NCBI GenBank assembly: GCA_036278435.1
Contig: DASULA010000093.1
Location: 1 to 60,676, forward strand
Direction: 5' to 3'
From: Mycobacteriales bacterium
GTDB taxonomy: Bacteria; Actinomycetota; Actinomycetes; Mycobacteriales; DASULA01
DNA: 60,676 nt
Position 1 is the stretch's first letter. Each line of letters begins with the position of its first letter. The notes under the pieces were generated by a model, which had not been told where the DNA came from, ran no database searches, and saw only the letters and a program-made list of their open reading frames with translations. Positions 18,812-28,500 of the stretch are shown here, piece after piece. The position numbers and the translations under genes are program-made.

Positions 18812-21079
18812 TCAGACCCGCACCGGGCTGGCCGTGACCGGGACCGGGTCGCCGGCCGCGTGCCCGGCCGCCCGGCCGCGGCCGGGCAGCCAGTCCAGCC
18901 ACGACGGCAGGTACCAGTTGTACCGGCCCAACGCCGACATGGCCGCCGGTAGGAGCACGCCGCGCACCACGGTGGCGTCGATCAGGATCGCCGCGGCCAG
19001 CCCCACACCAACCTGCTTGAACTCCAACATGGACAGCGTCGCGAAGACTGAGAACACAGCGGTCATGATGACCGCGGCACTGGTCACGGTGGACGCCGAC
19101 CGCAGCACGCCGTGCCGTACCGCGTCTACGGTGGGCAACCCGACCCGCACCGCCTCGCGAATCCGGCTCACCACGAAGATGTGGTAGTCCATCGACAGTC
19201 CGAACAGGACGACGAACAGGAACAGCGGGAGCCAGGTGACGATCCCCCCGTCGGAGCGGAAACCGAGCAGCCCCTGCGCCCACCGGTGTTGGAAGACCAA
19301 CACGAGCAGGCCGTAGGCGGCCCCGACGCTGAGCAGGTTCAGCACGATCGAGGTGGCCGCCACCACCACCGACCGGAACGTCAACAGCATCACCAGGAAC
19401 GTCAGGCCCAGCACGAACCCGAACACCAGCGGCAACCGACCGGCGATCTGCCGGCCGAAGTCCCGCTCACCGGCGGTCTGGCCGGTGACCCCCGACCAGG
19501 TGTGCGGCAGCCGGCCGAACGTCGCGGGCACCAACCGGTCCCGCAGCAGGTCCAACGACCTGCCGGCCCGCGAATCGTTGGCCCGGTAGGGGATGGGCAG
19601 GTCGAGGACGGCCACCCGCCCATCGGTGGAGAACCTGGGTACCCCGGCGGGGTCCAGGGCGAACAGGCCACTGGCCGAGGCCTGTCGGGACAGCGCACCG
19701 GCCGCAGTGGTCACCCCGGCCCGCGACAGCGGCGCCGGCCCGGTGGCGGTGACCACCACCTCGTGCTCGGCCCCCTGATCGGGGAACGCCGCGTTGAGCC
19801 GGTCGTAGGACCGCATGATCGGGATCGACCGGGGCAGGTCCGCGGTGCCGGGTAGCGCGGTCCGGAGCTGGAGCGCCGGCGCGGCCAGCGCGGCCATGGC
19901 CAGCGCGGCCAGCCCGAACGACACCACCGGGCGGCGTGACACCACCCTCAGGACCGCCGCCCAGGTCCGCGAGTACCGGACCCCGCCGGGTCGGCCGCCA
20001 CGGCCACGCAGCCGGTGGACCAACGGCACCCGGGGCCGTTCGATCCGCTCGCCGAGCAGGGCCAGCAGCGCCGGCAGCACGGTCACCGAGCCGGTCACGG
20101 CCACCGCGACCACGAGCATGGTGCCCACCGCCAACGAGGTGAACACCGCGTTGCCAGACAGCAGCAGGCCCGCCATCGCGATCAGCACGGTGATCCCGGA
20201 GATCACCACGGCCCGCCCGGAGGTGGCCGCGGCGATCTCGATGCTGTCCCGGCCGGACGCGCCGCGGGCCCGTTCCTCCCGTTCCCGCCGGATGTAGAAC
20301 AGCGAGTAGTCCACTCCCACCGCCATCCCGATCAGCAGCACCACGCTGGACGCCGCGTCGGCCAGCGGCACCAGATGGGAGGCCAGCGCGGACAGGCCCA
20401 TGGCCCCGGCCACCGCGGTCAACGCCAGCAGCACCGGCACTCCGGCGGCGAACAGCGCGCCGAACACGACCAGCAGGATGGCCAGTGTGACCGGAATGCT
20501 GGTGAGTTCGGCCCGCCTCAGGTCGTCGCCGGACTGGTTGCCGATCGCCCGGTCGATCGACGCGCCGCCAACCTGCTCGACTCGCAGGTCCGGGTGGTCG
20601 GCCTGCACCCGGCCGGTCGCGGCCAGCATCGGCCCGACCAACTCCTCGGCTCGGTCCGAGCTGGCCGACCCGGTGAGCGTGCCGGTGTCCAACGTCACCG
20701 TGACCAGTCGGCTGTGACCGTCCCGGGACGGCACCGGTTTACCGACCGGACCGATGCCGCGCAGGCCGGCGTAGTGGCGGGTCAGATCGGCGGTCACCGC
20801 GGTCACCTCGGCCGGGTCCAGGCTGCCGTGCCGGGCCTGGATGAGTACCGCCTCGGTCGGCTTGTCGCCGAAGTACGCGCCCTCGGTCGCCTTGTCGGCG
20901 ATCTTCGACTGGCCCGCCCCGGTGTCGACGCCCGACAGTTGCCGGTTGCCGGCGGCGCCGCCAGCCAGCACGGTGAGCGTCACGAAGAGCACCCATCCGG
21001 TCACCGCGGTCCACCGGTGCCGGGTACTCCACCTCGCCACGTTCAGCACAGGTCCAGAACCGGACCGGGTACGCGTCAT
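18812..21079 (-). CDS. MMPL-family (RND superfamily) membrane transporter
   Basis: Two 6-TM bundles with the duplicated MMPL pattern (VDYSLFY / MDYHIFV). Start taken at MTRTRSG (M18 of the tracked ORF). Confidence 0.85.
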   Translation of the reverse strand: MTRTRSGSGPVLNVARWSTRHRWTAVTGWVLFVTLTVLAGGAAGNRQLSGVDTGAGQSKIADKATEGAYFGDKPTEAVLIQARHGSLDPAEVTAVTADLTRHYAGLRGIGPVGKPVPSRDGHSRLVTVTLDTGTLTGSASSDRAEELVGPMLAATGRVQADHPDLRVEQVGGASIDRAIGNQSGDDLRRAELTSIPVTLAILLVVFGALFAAGVPVLLALTAVAGAMGLSALASHLVPLADAASSVVLLIGMAVGVDYSLFYIRREREERARGASGRDSIEIAAATSGRAVVISGITVLIAMAGLLLSGNAVFTSLAVGTMLVVAVAVTGSVTVLPALLALLGERIERPRVPLVHRLRGRGGRPGGVRYSRTWAAVLRVVSRRPVVSFGLAALAMAALAAPALQLRTALPGTADLPRSIPIMRSYDRLNAAFPDQGAEHEVVVTATGPAPLSRAGVTTAAGALSRQASASGLFALDPAGVPRFSTDGRVAVLDLPIPYRANDSRAGRSLDLLRDRLVPATFGRLPHTWSGVTGQTAGERDFGRQIAGRLPLVFGFVLGLTFLVMLLTFRSVVVAATSIVLNLLSVGAAYGLLVLVFQHRWAQGLLGFRSDGGIVTWLPLFLFVVLFGLSMDYHIFVVSRIREAVRVGLPTVDAVRHGVLRSASTVTSAAVIMTAVFSVFATLSMLEFKQVGVGLAAAILIDATVVRGVLLPAAMSALGRYNWYLPSWLDWLPGRGRAAGHAAGDPVPVTASPVRV

Positions 21080-21211
21080 TCGCTCCTCCTCGATGCGGCC
21101 GGACCCGAGCGGAGTCCGGTTGCGACCCACACGACGGTGCCGGATCGACGAAGCGCTGTCGGTGGTGTGACCACCCGTCTTCCGGTGGGGTTGACCCCAC
21201 CCGGCATTGGG

Positions 21212-22615
21212 ATGGACGCCTCATGGCTCCGGTGCCCGGCGGTGCCTACCGTGGACGTCGTGACTTCGACAGATGCCGCCGCGCCGGACCGGCCGGCCGC
21301 ACCGGACGGGCAGACCGGACGGTCCGGGCAGGCCGGGCCGACCCGGCAGACCGGGCGCCGGGTCGGGCTGGGCGCGGTGTTGCGCGGCCCCTGGTCGGCA
21401 TCGGGCTGGCTGGCCACGGTCCACGTGCTGGTCGGGTTCCCGATCTGCGTGACCGCGTTCGTGCTGATGGTGACGCTGGTGTCCCTGACGGCCGGGCTGG
21501 CGATCACCGCGATCCTGGCGGTGGTGCCGCTGCTGCTGCTGCTGGCCTCGGTGCGGGTGCTTGGCACGGTGCAGCGGTCCCGGTTCGCCGCGCTGCTGGA
21601 CGTGCGGATCGACCCGGTGCCGCCCCGGCGGGACGGGTCGAGCTGGTGGCGCCGGCTGGTCGCCGAGGCGCTCGCGGCGAGCACCTGGCGGCAGATCGGC
21701 TACCACCTGGTGTCGCTCCTCACCGGCACGGTCGGGTTCGCGCTGGTCACTTCGGTCTGGTCGGCCGGCCTGGTCGGCGTCACCGCGTTCGCGTACGGCT
21801 GGGTACTGCCCCGGCACGGCATCTTCGGCTGGGACATGCGCGCCCCGCTGATGCTGGCGGCGCTCACCGGCGTCGGGCTGGTGGTGCTGTTCGCCGCCCC
21901 CTGGGTGGCCCGGGGAGTGGCCGCGGTGGACGTGGCGCTGGCCTGGGCGCTGCTCGGGCCGAGCCGCGGCGAGCGACTGCGCGGCCGGGTGGCCTCGCTC
22001 ACCGAGAGCCGGGCCGGCGCGGTGGACGCGGCCGACGCCGAGCGCCGGCGGATCGAGCGCGACCTGCACGACGGCACCCAGCAGCGGTTGGTGTCCCTGG
22101 CGATGAATCTGGGCATGGCCCGGGCGAAGTTCACCGACGCCCCGGAACCGGCCCGCGACGCGATCGCCGCCGCGCACGAGGAGGCCAAGCAGGCCCTGGT
22201 CGAGTTGCGGGGATTCGTCAGGGGTCTGCATCCGGCGGTGCTCAACGACCGGGGTCTGGACGCGGCGCTGTCGGGCATCGCCGCCCGCGCGCCGTTGCCG
22301 GTGTCCCTGCGGGTGGAGGTGTCCCGGCGCCCGTCGCCGACCATCGAGGCGGTGGCCTACTTCGTGGTCTCCGAGGCGCTGAACAACGTGGTCAAGCACG
22401 CCGAGGCGTCCCGGGCGGACGTCACCGTGCGGCGCCTGGACGGCCTGCTGCGGGTGGAGGTCGCCGACGACGGCCGCGGCGGTGCCGGGCCCGACGGCGG
22501 CAGCGGCCTGCGCGGCCTGGCCCAGCGGGTGGCCTCGGTGGATGGCACCCTGCGCATCGACAGCCCGCCGGGGGTGGGAACCGTGATCGTGGTGGAGTTG
22601 CCATGCGAGTCGTGA
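21212..22615 (+). CDS. Sensor histidine kinase, HisKA_3 (LiaS/DesK-like) with N-terminal multi-TM sensor
   Basis: H-box ERRRIERDLHDGTQQRL plus a C-terminal HATPase_c domain (N, G1 and G2 boxes). Only the last ~467 codons of tracked ORF 20015..22615 are credible, because the 5' part is antisense to the MMPL gene. Confidence 0.8.
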   Translation: MDASWLRCPAVPTVDVVTSTDAAAPDRPAAPDGQTGRSGQAGPTRQTGRRVGLGAVLRGPWSASGWLATVHVLVGFPICVTAFVLMVTLVSLTAGLAITAILAVVPLLLLLASVRVLGTVQRSRFAALLDVRIDPVPPRRDGSSWWRRLVAEALAASTWRQIGYHLVSLLTGTVGFALVTSVWSAGLVGVTAFAYGWVLPRHGIFGWDMRAPLMLAALTGVGLVVLFAAPWVARGVAAVDVALAWALLGPSRGERLRGRVASLTESRAGAVDAADAERRRIERDLHDGTQQRLVSLAMNLGMARAKFTDAPEPARDAIAAAHEEAKQALVELRGFVRGLHPAVLNDRGLDAALSGIAARAPLPVSLRVEVSRRPSPTIEAVAYFVVSEALNNVVKHAEASRADVTVRRLDGLLRVEVADDGRGGAGPDGGSGLRGLAQRVASVDGTLRIDSPPGVGTVIVVELPCES

Positions 22616-23244
22616 TCGCCGAGGATTCCGTGCTGCTGCGCGAGGGGCTGGTGCGGCTGCTCGACGACGCCGGGATAGCGGTGGTCGACGCGGTCGCCGA
22701 CGCCGAGGCGCTGTTGCGGGCGGTCGAGCGGCATCAGCCCGACGTGGTGATCGCCGACGTCCGGATGCCCCCGACCCACACCGACGAGGGCCTGCGGGCC
22801 GCGCTGGTACTGCGCCGGAGCCGGCCCCGGGTGGCGGTGCTGGTGCTGTCCCAGTACGTGGAGGAGCGTTACGCCACAGAGTTGCTGTCGACCGACACCA
22901 GTGGCGTGGGGTACCTGCTCAAGGACCGGGTCGCCGACGTCACCGAGTTCCTCGACGCGCTGCGCCGGGTGGCCGCCGGGGGCACCGTGCTGGATCCCGA
23001 GGTGGTCTCCCAACTGCTGGTCCGCCGCCGCAGCGACCCGCTGGACCGGCTCACCGCCAGGGAGACCGAGGTGTTGGCGCTGATGGCCGAGGGGCGGTCC
23101 AACTCCGGTATCGCCGCCGCGCTGGTGGTCAGCGACAGCGCGGTGGAAAAGCACGTGAACAGCATCATGAGCAAGCTCGACCTGGCGCCCACCGACACCG
23201 ACCACCGCCGGGTGCTCGCCGTACTGCGATTCCTGAAGGTCTGA
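22603..23244 (+). CDS. NarL/LuxR-family response regulator
   Basis: MRVVIAEDSVLLREG...DVVIADVRMPP receiver domain plus a C-terminal LuxR HTH (LTARETEVLALMAEGRSNSGIA). The ATG overlaps the kinase stop by 13 nt. Confidence 0.9.
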   Translation: MRVVIAEDSVLLREGLVRLLDDAGIAVVDAVADAEALLRAVERHQPDVVIADVRMPPTHTDEGLRAALVLRRSRPRVAVLVLSQYVEERYATELLSTDTSGVGYLLKDRVADVTEFLDALRRVAAGGTVLDPEVVSQLLVRRRSDPLDRLTARETEVLALMAEGRSNSGIAAALVVSDSAVEKHVNSIMSKLDLAPTDTDHRRVLAVLRFLKV

Positions 23245-23254
23245 GGGGGCAACC

Positions 23255-24061
23255 GTGACCACGAACACCACCGGTACCGACCGGCCGGGCAGGACCGGCC
23301 ACCGGGCCGCCTGGCTGGCCATCGGTGTGCCGCTCACCGGGGCCGCGCTGTTTTTCGGCAGCCTGAACGTGGTGGCCCTGGTGGGTAGCCAGTCCGATGT
23401 GGAGAATCACGTCTACCGTGAGAACGCGGTCGTTCGGTTGGATGTCGCGATCGGCTCCGGTGACATCGAGGTCCGGCACGGGCCGACCGGTCAGGTCACC
23501 GTGCGGCGTAGGCTGACCTGGGCGTTCAGTCGCCCGGCGGCCAGCCAACGGATCTCCGGCGCGACGTTGTTCATCCGCACCAACTGCGGGTTCCGGGCTG
23601 TGGCCCGCTGTTCGTCGGACTACCTGGTGACGGTGCCCGCCGATGTCGCGGTGCACGCCCACACCTCGTCGGGAACGGTCACTGTGGACGGTGTGGGGGG
23701 CGGGTTGGATCTGTCGACTTCCTCCGGCGACATCCGGGTGCGCGGCGGGCGCGGCGCGCTGTTGGCGCGCACCGGTTCCGGGTCGATCGAGGTGACCGGA
23801 TCGGCGTCGCAGGACGTGTCGGCGCACACCGGTTCCGGGGACGCGGCGTTGACATTCGACCAGTCGCCGCGCCGAGTCGACGCCCAGACCGGATCCGGCG
23901 ACGTGGACGTCGCGGTTCCCGGCCGCGACCGGTACCGGGTGACCGGCGACACCGGTTCGGGGGACCGCTCGATCAACGTGATCCAGGATCCGGATGCGAA
24001 CCGTTCGATCCGGGCCGATACCGGCTCCGGTGACGTCACGGTCCGCTACCTGGACGGCTGA
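23255..24061 (+). CDS. DUF4097-family beta-repeat protein (LiaG-like putative adhesin)
   Basis: N-terminal TM followed by repeated TGSGD(V/I) strands. Confidence 0.75.
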   Translation: MTTNTTGTDRPGRTGHRAAWLAIGVPLTGAALFFGSLNVVALVGSQSDVENHVYRENAVVRLDVAIGSGDIEVRHGPTGQVTVRRRLTWAFSRPAASQRISGATLFIRTNCGFRAVARCSSDYLVTVPADVAVHAHTSSGTVTVDGVGGGLDLSTSSGDIRVRGGRGALLARTGSGSIEVTGSASQDVSAHTGSGDAALTFDQSPRRVDAQTGSGDVDVAVPGRDRYRVTGDTGSGDRSINVIQDPDANRSIRADTGSGDVTVRYLDG

Positions 24062-24111
24062 TCCGGGGGTGCGGCGCCCACCGGGCCCTACGGCGGTCAC
24101 CGCCCAAATGC

Positions 24112-24876
24112 TCAGACCCGCATCCGAGCACCGTCACGGCCGTTCGCGGTGGCCACGATCTCGGCCATGATCGACAGCGCGATCTCCGCCGGGGTGCGAC
24201 CGCCGATGTTCAGCCCGACCGGGCAGCGCAGCCGGTCCAGGTGGGTTTGCGGCACGCCCGCCTCCCGCAGCCGCCCGGTCAGCAGCGGGACGAGCCGCCG
24301 GCTGCCCAGCATGCCCACGAATCCGGCCGGGCTGGCCAGCGCGACCCGCAGCACCTCGTCCGCATCGGGTATGTCGTGGTCGGACACCAGCACGGCGTCA
24401 CCGGCGTTCGGCGGATGATCCCGCAGCCGGGCGGCCGGGGCGTCACCCAACAGCACCGCGTTCCACCCGGTGAACCGGGCCAGGTCGGCCACCGCGCGGC
24501 CCACCGGATTGTCGCCGGCCACGATCACCGCGGCCGCCGGCGGCAACACCTCGGCGAACAGTTCCAGCGCGCGCACCTCGCCGTGCCCGAACACGGCCCG
24601 GCGGCGCACCGTGCTCTGCCCGCCGGCGACCAGCTCACCGGCCAGGTCGGTGCCCGCGGTGTCGAACTCCGAGCAGCCCAGGGTGCCGGCCAACACATCG
24701 TCGTCCACGACCACGAGCTTGGCGCCCGGATGAGACGGAGCCTGGCCGTCCACCGCGATGACCGTGACCAGCACCGCGGTCCGGCCCTCGTCGGCGGCCT
24801 GCCGCAGGGCCCGCAGGACGCCGGCAGTGTCCGAGCCGTCGGGCCGACCGTACCCGTTCGGGGCGTTCACGTTCAC
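24112..24876 (-). CDS. XdhC/CoxI-family molybdoenzyme maturation factor
   Basis: LRQAADEGRTAVLVTVIAVDGQAPSHPGAKLVV N-terminal XdhC motif plus a Rossmann-like C-terminal domain. GTG at 24876 follows GGAGGA. Confidence 0.75.
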   Translation of the reverse strand: MNVNAPNGYGRPDGSDTAGVLRALRQAADEGRTAVLVTVIAVDGQAPSHPGAKLVVVDDDVLAGTLGCSEFDTAGTDLAGELVAGGQSTVRRRAVFGHGEVRALELFAEVLPPAAAVIVAGDNPVGRAVADLARFTGWNAVLLGDAPAARLRDHPPNAGDAVLVSDHDIPDADEVLRVALASPAGFVGMLGSRRLVPLLTGRLREAGVPQTHLDRLRCPVGLNIGGRTPAEIALSIMAEIVATANGRDGARMRV

Positions 24877-25079
24877 CGGGTCCTCCTGGATGGATGAGTC
24901 CGAACGGGGCGATCTGCGGGAGGACCGGTACCGACCCGTCATGCCTGCCTGGTGTTGGGTGGCGGAGCCAGGCTCCGCCCGCGGAGGACGACACGGCCCC
25001 GGTGGCGTTCCGGCGGATGGCACGGCGCCGCGGTGCTCACGCGGTGGGGTTACCGTTCACCCTAATCGGTTCGGGGCGG

Positions 25080-25991
25080 TCACGGCCCGGGAAGTCGCGG
25101 TTTGGGCCGCGGTTTCGGCCCGGGTGGCCCACCGCGGGCTTCCAGCCGGACCCGGTCGCCGACCCCGAGCCGCAGCCGGGCCGCCGCCGAACCGTCACGG
25201 ACCGCCACCGCGGCCCGGCCGGCCGAGTCGACCAGGACCACCACCCGGCCGGGCTCGGCGTCGGCGAACACCTCACCCAGCACCGCCTCGACCGTGCGGT
25301 CGGGCAGGTGGACCGACAGCCGGTCCGGACCGTCCGGGCCCGCCGGACCGATCGCGCCCGCCGAACTGGCTGAGCTGGCCAGGCCGGCCCGGGCCAGGTC
25401 CGCGGCGGTGGCGTCGAGTTGGACGTTGCCGTACCGGTCGACCGTGGCCACCTCGGTGTCGACCATGCCCGCGCCAACCCGGGTCACCGGGACCGGGAGC
25501 CGGGCCAGGGTGGCCGGGTCCACCGCCGGGCCGAGGCGTTCGGGTGGCACCCCGGCGGCCAGGTGCGCGGCGGCCGGGGCGAACACGTCGCGCCCGTGGA
25601 AGGTGCGTGACACGACCGGCAGCCGGTAGCCCGGCTCGGTGAGTTCGTAGGCGCCGCGCGGGCCGCCCAGCGCGGTCGCCGCCGGCACCAGCAACCCGTT
25701 GTCCGGGCCGACCAGCACCGAGTCGCCGGCCAGCACCGCGACCCCTCGCCGGTCCGTGCCCACCCCGGGATCGACCACGGCCAGGTGCACCGCCGGCGGC
25801 AGGTATCCGATCGTCTGGGCCAGCACCGCCGCCCCGCGGCCGACGTCCTGCGGCGGTACCCCGTGGGTCACGTCCAGTACCCGCGCGTCCGGGGCGATCC
25901 GGGCGATGACCCCCCGGCATGCGGCGGTGAAACCGTCCTGGTCGCCGTAGTCGGTGGTGAAGGAGATCCACTCGTACCCGTGCCTGGCCAC
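25080..25991 (-). CDS. SAM hydroxide adenosyltransferase family protein (DUF62; chlorinase/fluorinase superfamily)
   Basis: ISFTTDYGDQDGF...VVDPGVGTDRRGVAV...VGPDNGLL motifs. Confidence 0.8.
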   Translation of the reverse strand: MARHGYEWISFTTDYGDQDGFTAACRGVIARIAPDARVLDVTHGVPPQDVGRGAAVLAQTIGYLPPAVHLAVVDPGVGTDRRGVAVLAGDSVLVGPDNGLLVPAATALGGPRGAYELTEPGYRLPVVSRTFHGRDVFAPAAAHLAAGVPPERLGPAVDPATLARLPVPVTRVGAGMVDTEVATVDRYGNVQLDATAADLARAGLASSASSAGAIGPAGPDGPDRLSVHLPDRTVEAVLGEVFADAEPGRVVVLVDSAGRAAVAVRDGSAAARLRLGVGDRVRLEARGGPPGPKPRPKPRLPGP

Positions 25992-26111
25992 GGCGGGAAG
26001 TGTCGCCTACCGGCGCCGGCCTGGGGTCATCGGGCCCACCGGTACCGACCACGGCGTGGCAGGCTTGAGCCGCGCCGGGCGAGGCACGGTGCCACCACCG
26101 AGGAGGGATCG

Positions 26112-26559
26112 ATGCTCGTCGTCACCAGCAACGACATTCCGGGATACGAGATCACGCACGTGTTCGGCGAGGTGTTCGGCCTCACCGTCCGCTCCCGCAA
26201 CGCCTTCGCGAATCTGGGTGCCGGGTTGAAGTCACTTGTCGGCGGCGAGCTCAAGGGCCTGACCAAGGCGCTCTACGAGAGCCGCAACGAGGTGATGGGC
26301 CGCATGGTCGCCGAGGCGCAGGCGCGCGGGGCGAACGGGATCGTCGCGATGCGCTTTGACCTCCGAGATGGGCGACGTCTGGACCGAGCTGTGCGCGTAC
26401 GGCACGGCGGTGTACGTGGTGCCGGTGTCCGAGCAGGCCCGTGCCGCCGCGGCCCAGATGGCCCAGCCGCCGCAGGGTTACGGCCCGCCGGCTGGTTATC
26501 CGCAGCAGCCGGGCGCGCAGGGTCAGCCCGGCCAGCCGGGCGCCTGGCCGCAGGGGTGA
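26112..26559 (+). pseudogene. ybjQ: YbjQ/UPF0145-family gene interrupted by a frameshift
   Basis: Frame 1 gives MLVVTSNDIPGYEI...GANGIVAMRFD. The conserved continuation TSEMGDVWTELCAYGTAVYV is in the next frame (tracked ORF 26356..26559). The junction is at about 26358-26361. Confidence 0.7.
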
Positions 26560-26594
26560 GCCCGGCGCCGGTCGGAAACTCGTAGGCTCGGGAC

Positions 26595-27077
26595 ATGCCA
26601 GCAGAACTGACCCATGTCGATCCGACCGGAGCGGCCCGAATGGTCGACGTGTCGGGCAAGGGCGTCACGGTGCGTGAGGCCGTGGCGACTGGCCGGCTGC
26701 GGACCACCCCCGAGGTGGTGGCACTGCTGCGCGCCGACGGCTTGGCCAAGGGGGACGCACTGGGGGTGGCGCGGATCGCCGGGATCACCGGCGCCAAGCG
26801 GACACCCGACCTGGTGCCGTTGTGTCATCCGGTCGCCCTGCACAGTGTCACCGTCGACCTGCGGATCGTCGACGACGGGGTGCACATCCAGGCCACCACC
26901 CGCACCGCGGACCGCACCGGGGTGGAGATGGAGGCGCTGACCGCGGTCGCGGTCGCCGGCCTGGCCCTGGTGGACATGGTCAAGGCGGTGGACCGGGGTG
27001 CCACCATCACTGACATCGGGGTCATCCACAAGTCGGGCGGCCGGTCCGGAACGTGGACCCGCGGGGCCGGAACGTGA
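26595..27077 (+). CDS. moaC: Cyclic pyranopterin monophosphate synthase MoaC
   Basis: LTHVD..G.ARMVDVS.K..T.R.A.A and LCHP / GVEMEALTA motifs. Confidence 0.9.
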   Translation: MPAELTHVDPTGAARMVDVSGKGVTVREAVATGRLRTTPEVVALLRADGLAKGDALGVARIAGITGAKRTPDLVPLCHPVALHSVTVDLRIVDDGVHIQATTRTADRTGVEMEALTAVAVAGLALVDMVKAVDRGATITDIGVIHKSGGRSGTWTRGAGT

Positions 27078-27195
27078 CCCCGGGCCACCCCGGCGGGCGG
27101 TCGCACCGTGCCTGGCTACCCCTCGACATCGGAAGGCTGACGATGCGCTGGACGAACGATCCCGACCCCGGCACCCGACGCGGCCCGGCGGGGTC

Positions 27196-27714
27196 ATGGT
27201 GACCGGCCCGGCGGCCGTGCGCCGGGCCGCGGTGATCACCGCGTCGAACCGCAGCGCGCGGGGGGAACGGGAGGACACCTCGGGTCACCTGCTCACCCGG
27301 CTGCTGCGGGAACAGGGGTTTCTGGTCGACGAACCGGTGGTCGTGCCCGACGACATACCCGCGATCCAGGCGGCACTGCGCGGCGCGCTGGCCACCGGAG
27401 TGGACCTGGTGGTGACCACCGGTGGCACCGGGGTCACCCCGACCGACGTGACGCCGGAAGCCACCAGGCCGCTGCTGGATCGGGAGATCCCTGGGATCGC
27501 CGAGACGATCCGGTCGGCCTCCCGGGACCGGGTGCCGACCTCGGTGCTGTCCCGCGGGCTCGCCGGTAACGTCGGGGCCGCGCTGGTGGTCAACCTGCCC
27601 GGGTCGCCTGGTGGTGTCCGCGACGGCGCGACCGTGCTCGGTCCGATCCTCGGGCACGTCCTGGACCAGTTGCGTGGTGGCGATCACCTGCCGACGACCG
27701 CCGGCCCCCAATGA
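27196..27714 (+). CDS. moaB: MogA/MoaB-family molybdenum cofactor biosynthesis protein
   Basis: VVTTGGTGVTPTDVTPEA and PGSPGG motifs. ATG at 27196 is in frame with tracked ORF 26998... Confidence 0.85.
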   Translation: MVTGPAAVRRAAVITASNRSARGEREDTSGHLLTRLLREQGFLVDEPVVVPDDIPAIQAALRGALATGVDLVVTTGGTGVTPTDVTPEATRPLLDREIPGIAETIRSASRDRVPTSVLSRGLAGNVGAALVVNLPGSPGGVRDGATVLGPILGHVLDQLRGGDHLPTTAGPQ

Positions 27715-27858
27715 GCGAGCGAACCGGGTGGGCGCGGTGCCCCTTGTGCGACGGTGCCGGGGCCGGAGCGGGTCAGGAATAGCGTCCGGTGGGGTGTCTT
27801 GGACTTCGAGAACGGAGCCTCGGGGGCGTGAACGCAGCGTAGTGGAGCGAGGGCACAC

Positions 27859-28275
27859 GTGAACATTCAGGTTGCGGTGAGTGACCAACCGTTGTCGCCG
27901 GAGGAACATCTGCGGGCGGTGGAGCGGGTCGACTCCGGTGCCTGCGTGGTGTTCGCCGGTGTGGTGCGCGACCACGACCACGGCCGCAAGGTGGTCGAGC
28001 TGGAATACGTCGGGCACCCCACCGCCGAACGGGTCCTCACCGAGGTGGCCGAACAGGTCGCCGCGGACCCGAGCGTGCACGCGGTGGCGGTGAGCCACCG
28101 GTTGGGTCCGCTGACCGTCGGGGACGTGGCCCTGGTCGCGGCGGTGAGTGCGGCGCACCGGCACGAGGCGTTCGCGGCCTGCGCCGCGCTGGTGGAACTG
28201 GTCAAGGAGCGGATCCCGGTGTGGAAGCGGCAGGTCTTCCCCGACGGCACCGACGAGTGGGTCAACTGCGCGTGA
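27859..28275 (+). CDS. moaE: Molybdopterin synthase catalytic subunit MoaE
   Basis: GACVVFAGVVRDH...LEYVGHP...IPVWKRQ motifs. Confidence 0.85.
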   Translation: MNIQVAVSDQPLSPEEHLRAVERVDSGACVVFAGVVRDHDHGRKVVELEYVGHPTAERVLTEVAEQVAADPSVHAVAVSHRLGPLTVGDVALVAAVSAAHRHEAFAACAALVELVKERIPVWKRQVFPDGTDEWVNCA

Positions 28276-28500
28276 GTCCTGCGCCGTGAATGGCCGGGCC
28301 GTTTCCGTTTCGCCACCAGGCACGGCGAGGCGGGCGTGGAGGTGGTGGGGCGCCGCCGCGAAGACCGCCAGGTGACCCGGTACGCTGACAGGCCTGGTAC
28401 CCGAACCGCTGTCCCGACCTCGGGCCGCGGACCGTACCGGGTCGCAGTCGTGATCGTTTCGTGTTCATGAACTCGTTCACCTCGCGGAGGCTATGGGCCT

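Noticed and set aside
20015-21211. The 5' 399 codons of the 866-aa tracked ORF 20015..22615, which would make a giant kinase.
   Set aside because: This part is exactly antisense to the MMPL transporter gene and reads as His/Arg/Gly/Pro-rich nonsense. Kinase-family sequence (TM sensor, H-box) begins only after about 21212.
25080-25991. Fluorinase/chlorinase (SAM-dependent halogenase).
   Set aside because: The DPGVGT.R / Asp-Arg-His-type context matches the hydroxide adenosyltransferase branch. No biosynthetic genes flank the gene. This is kept only as a low-interest note.
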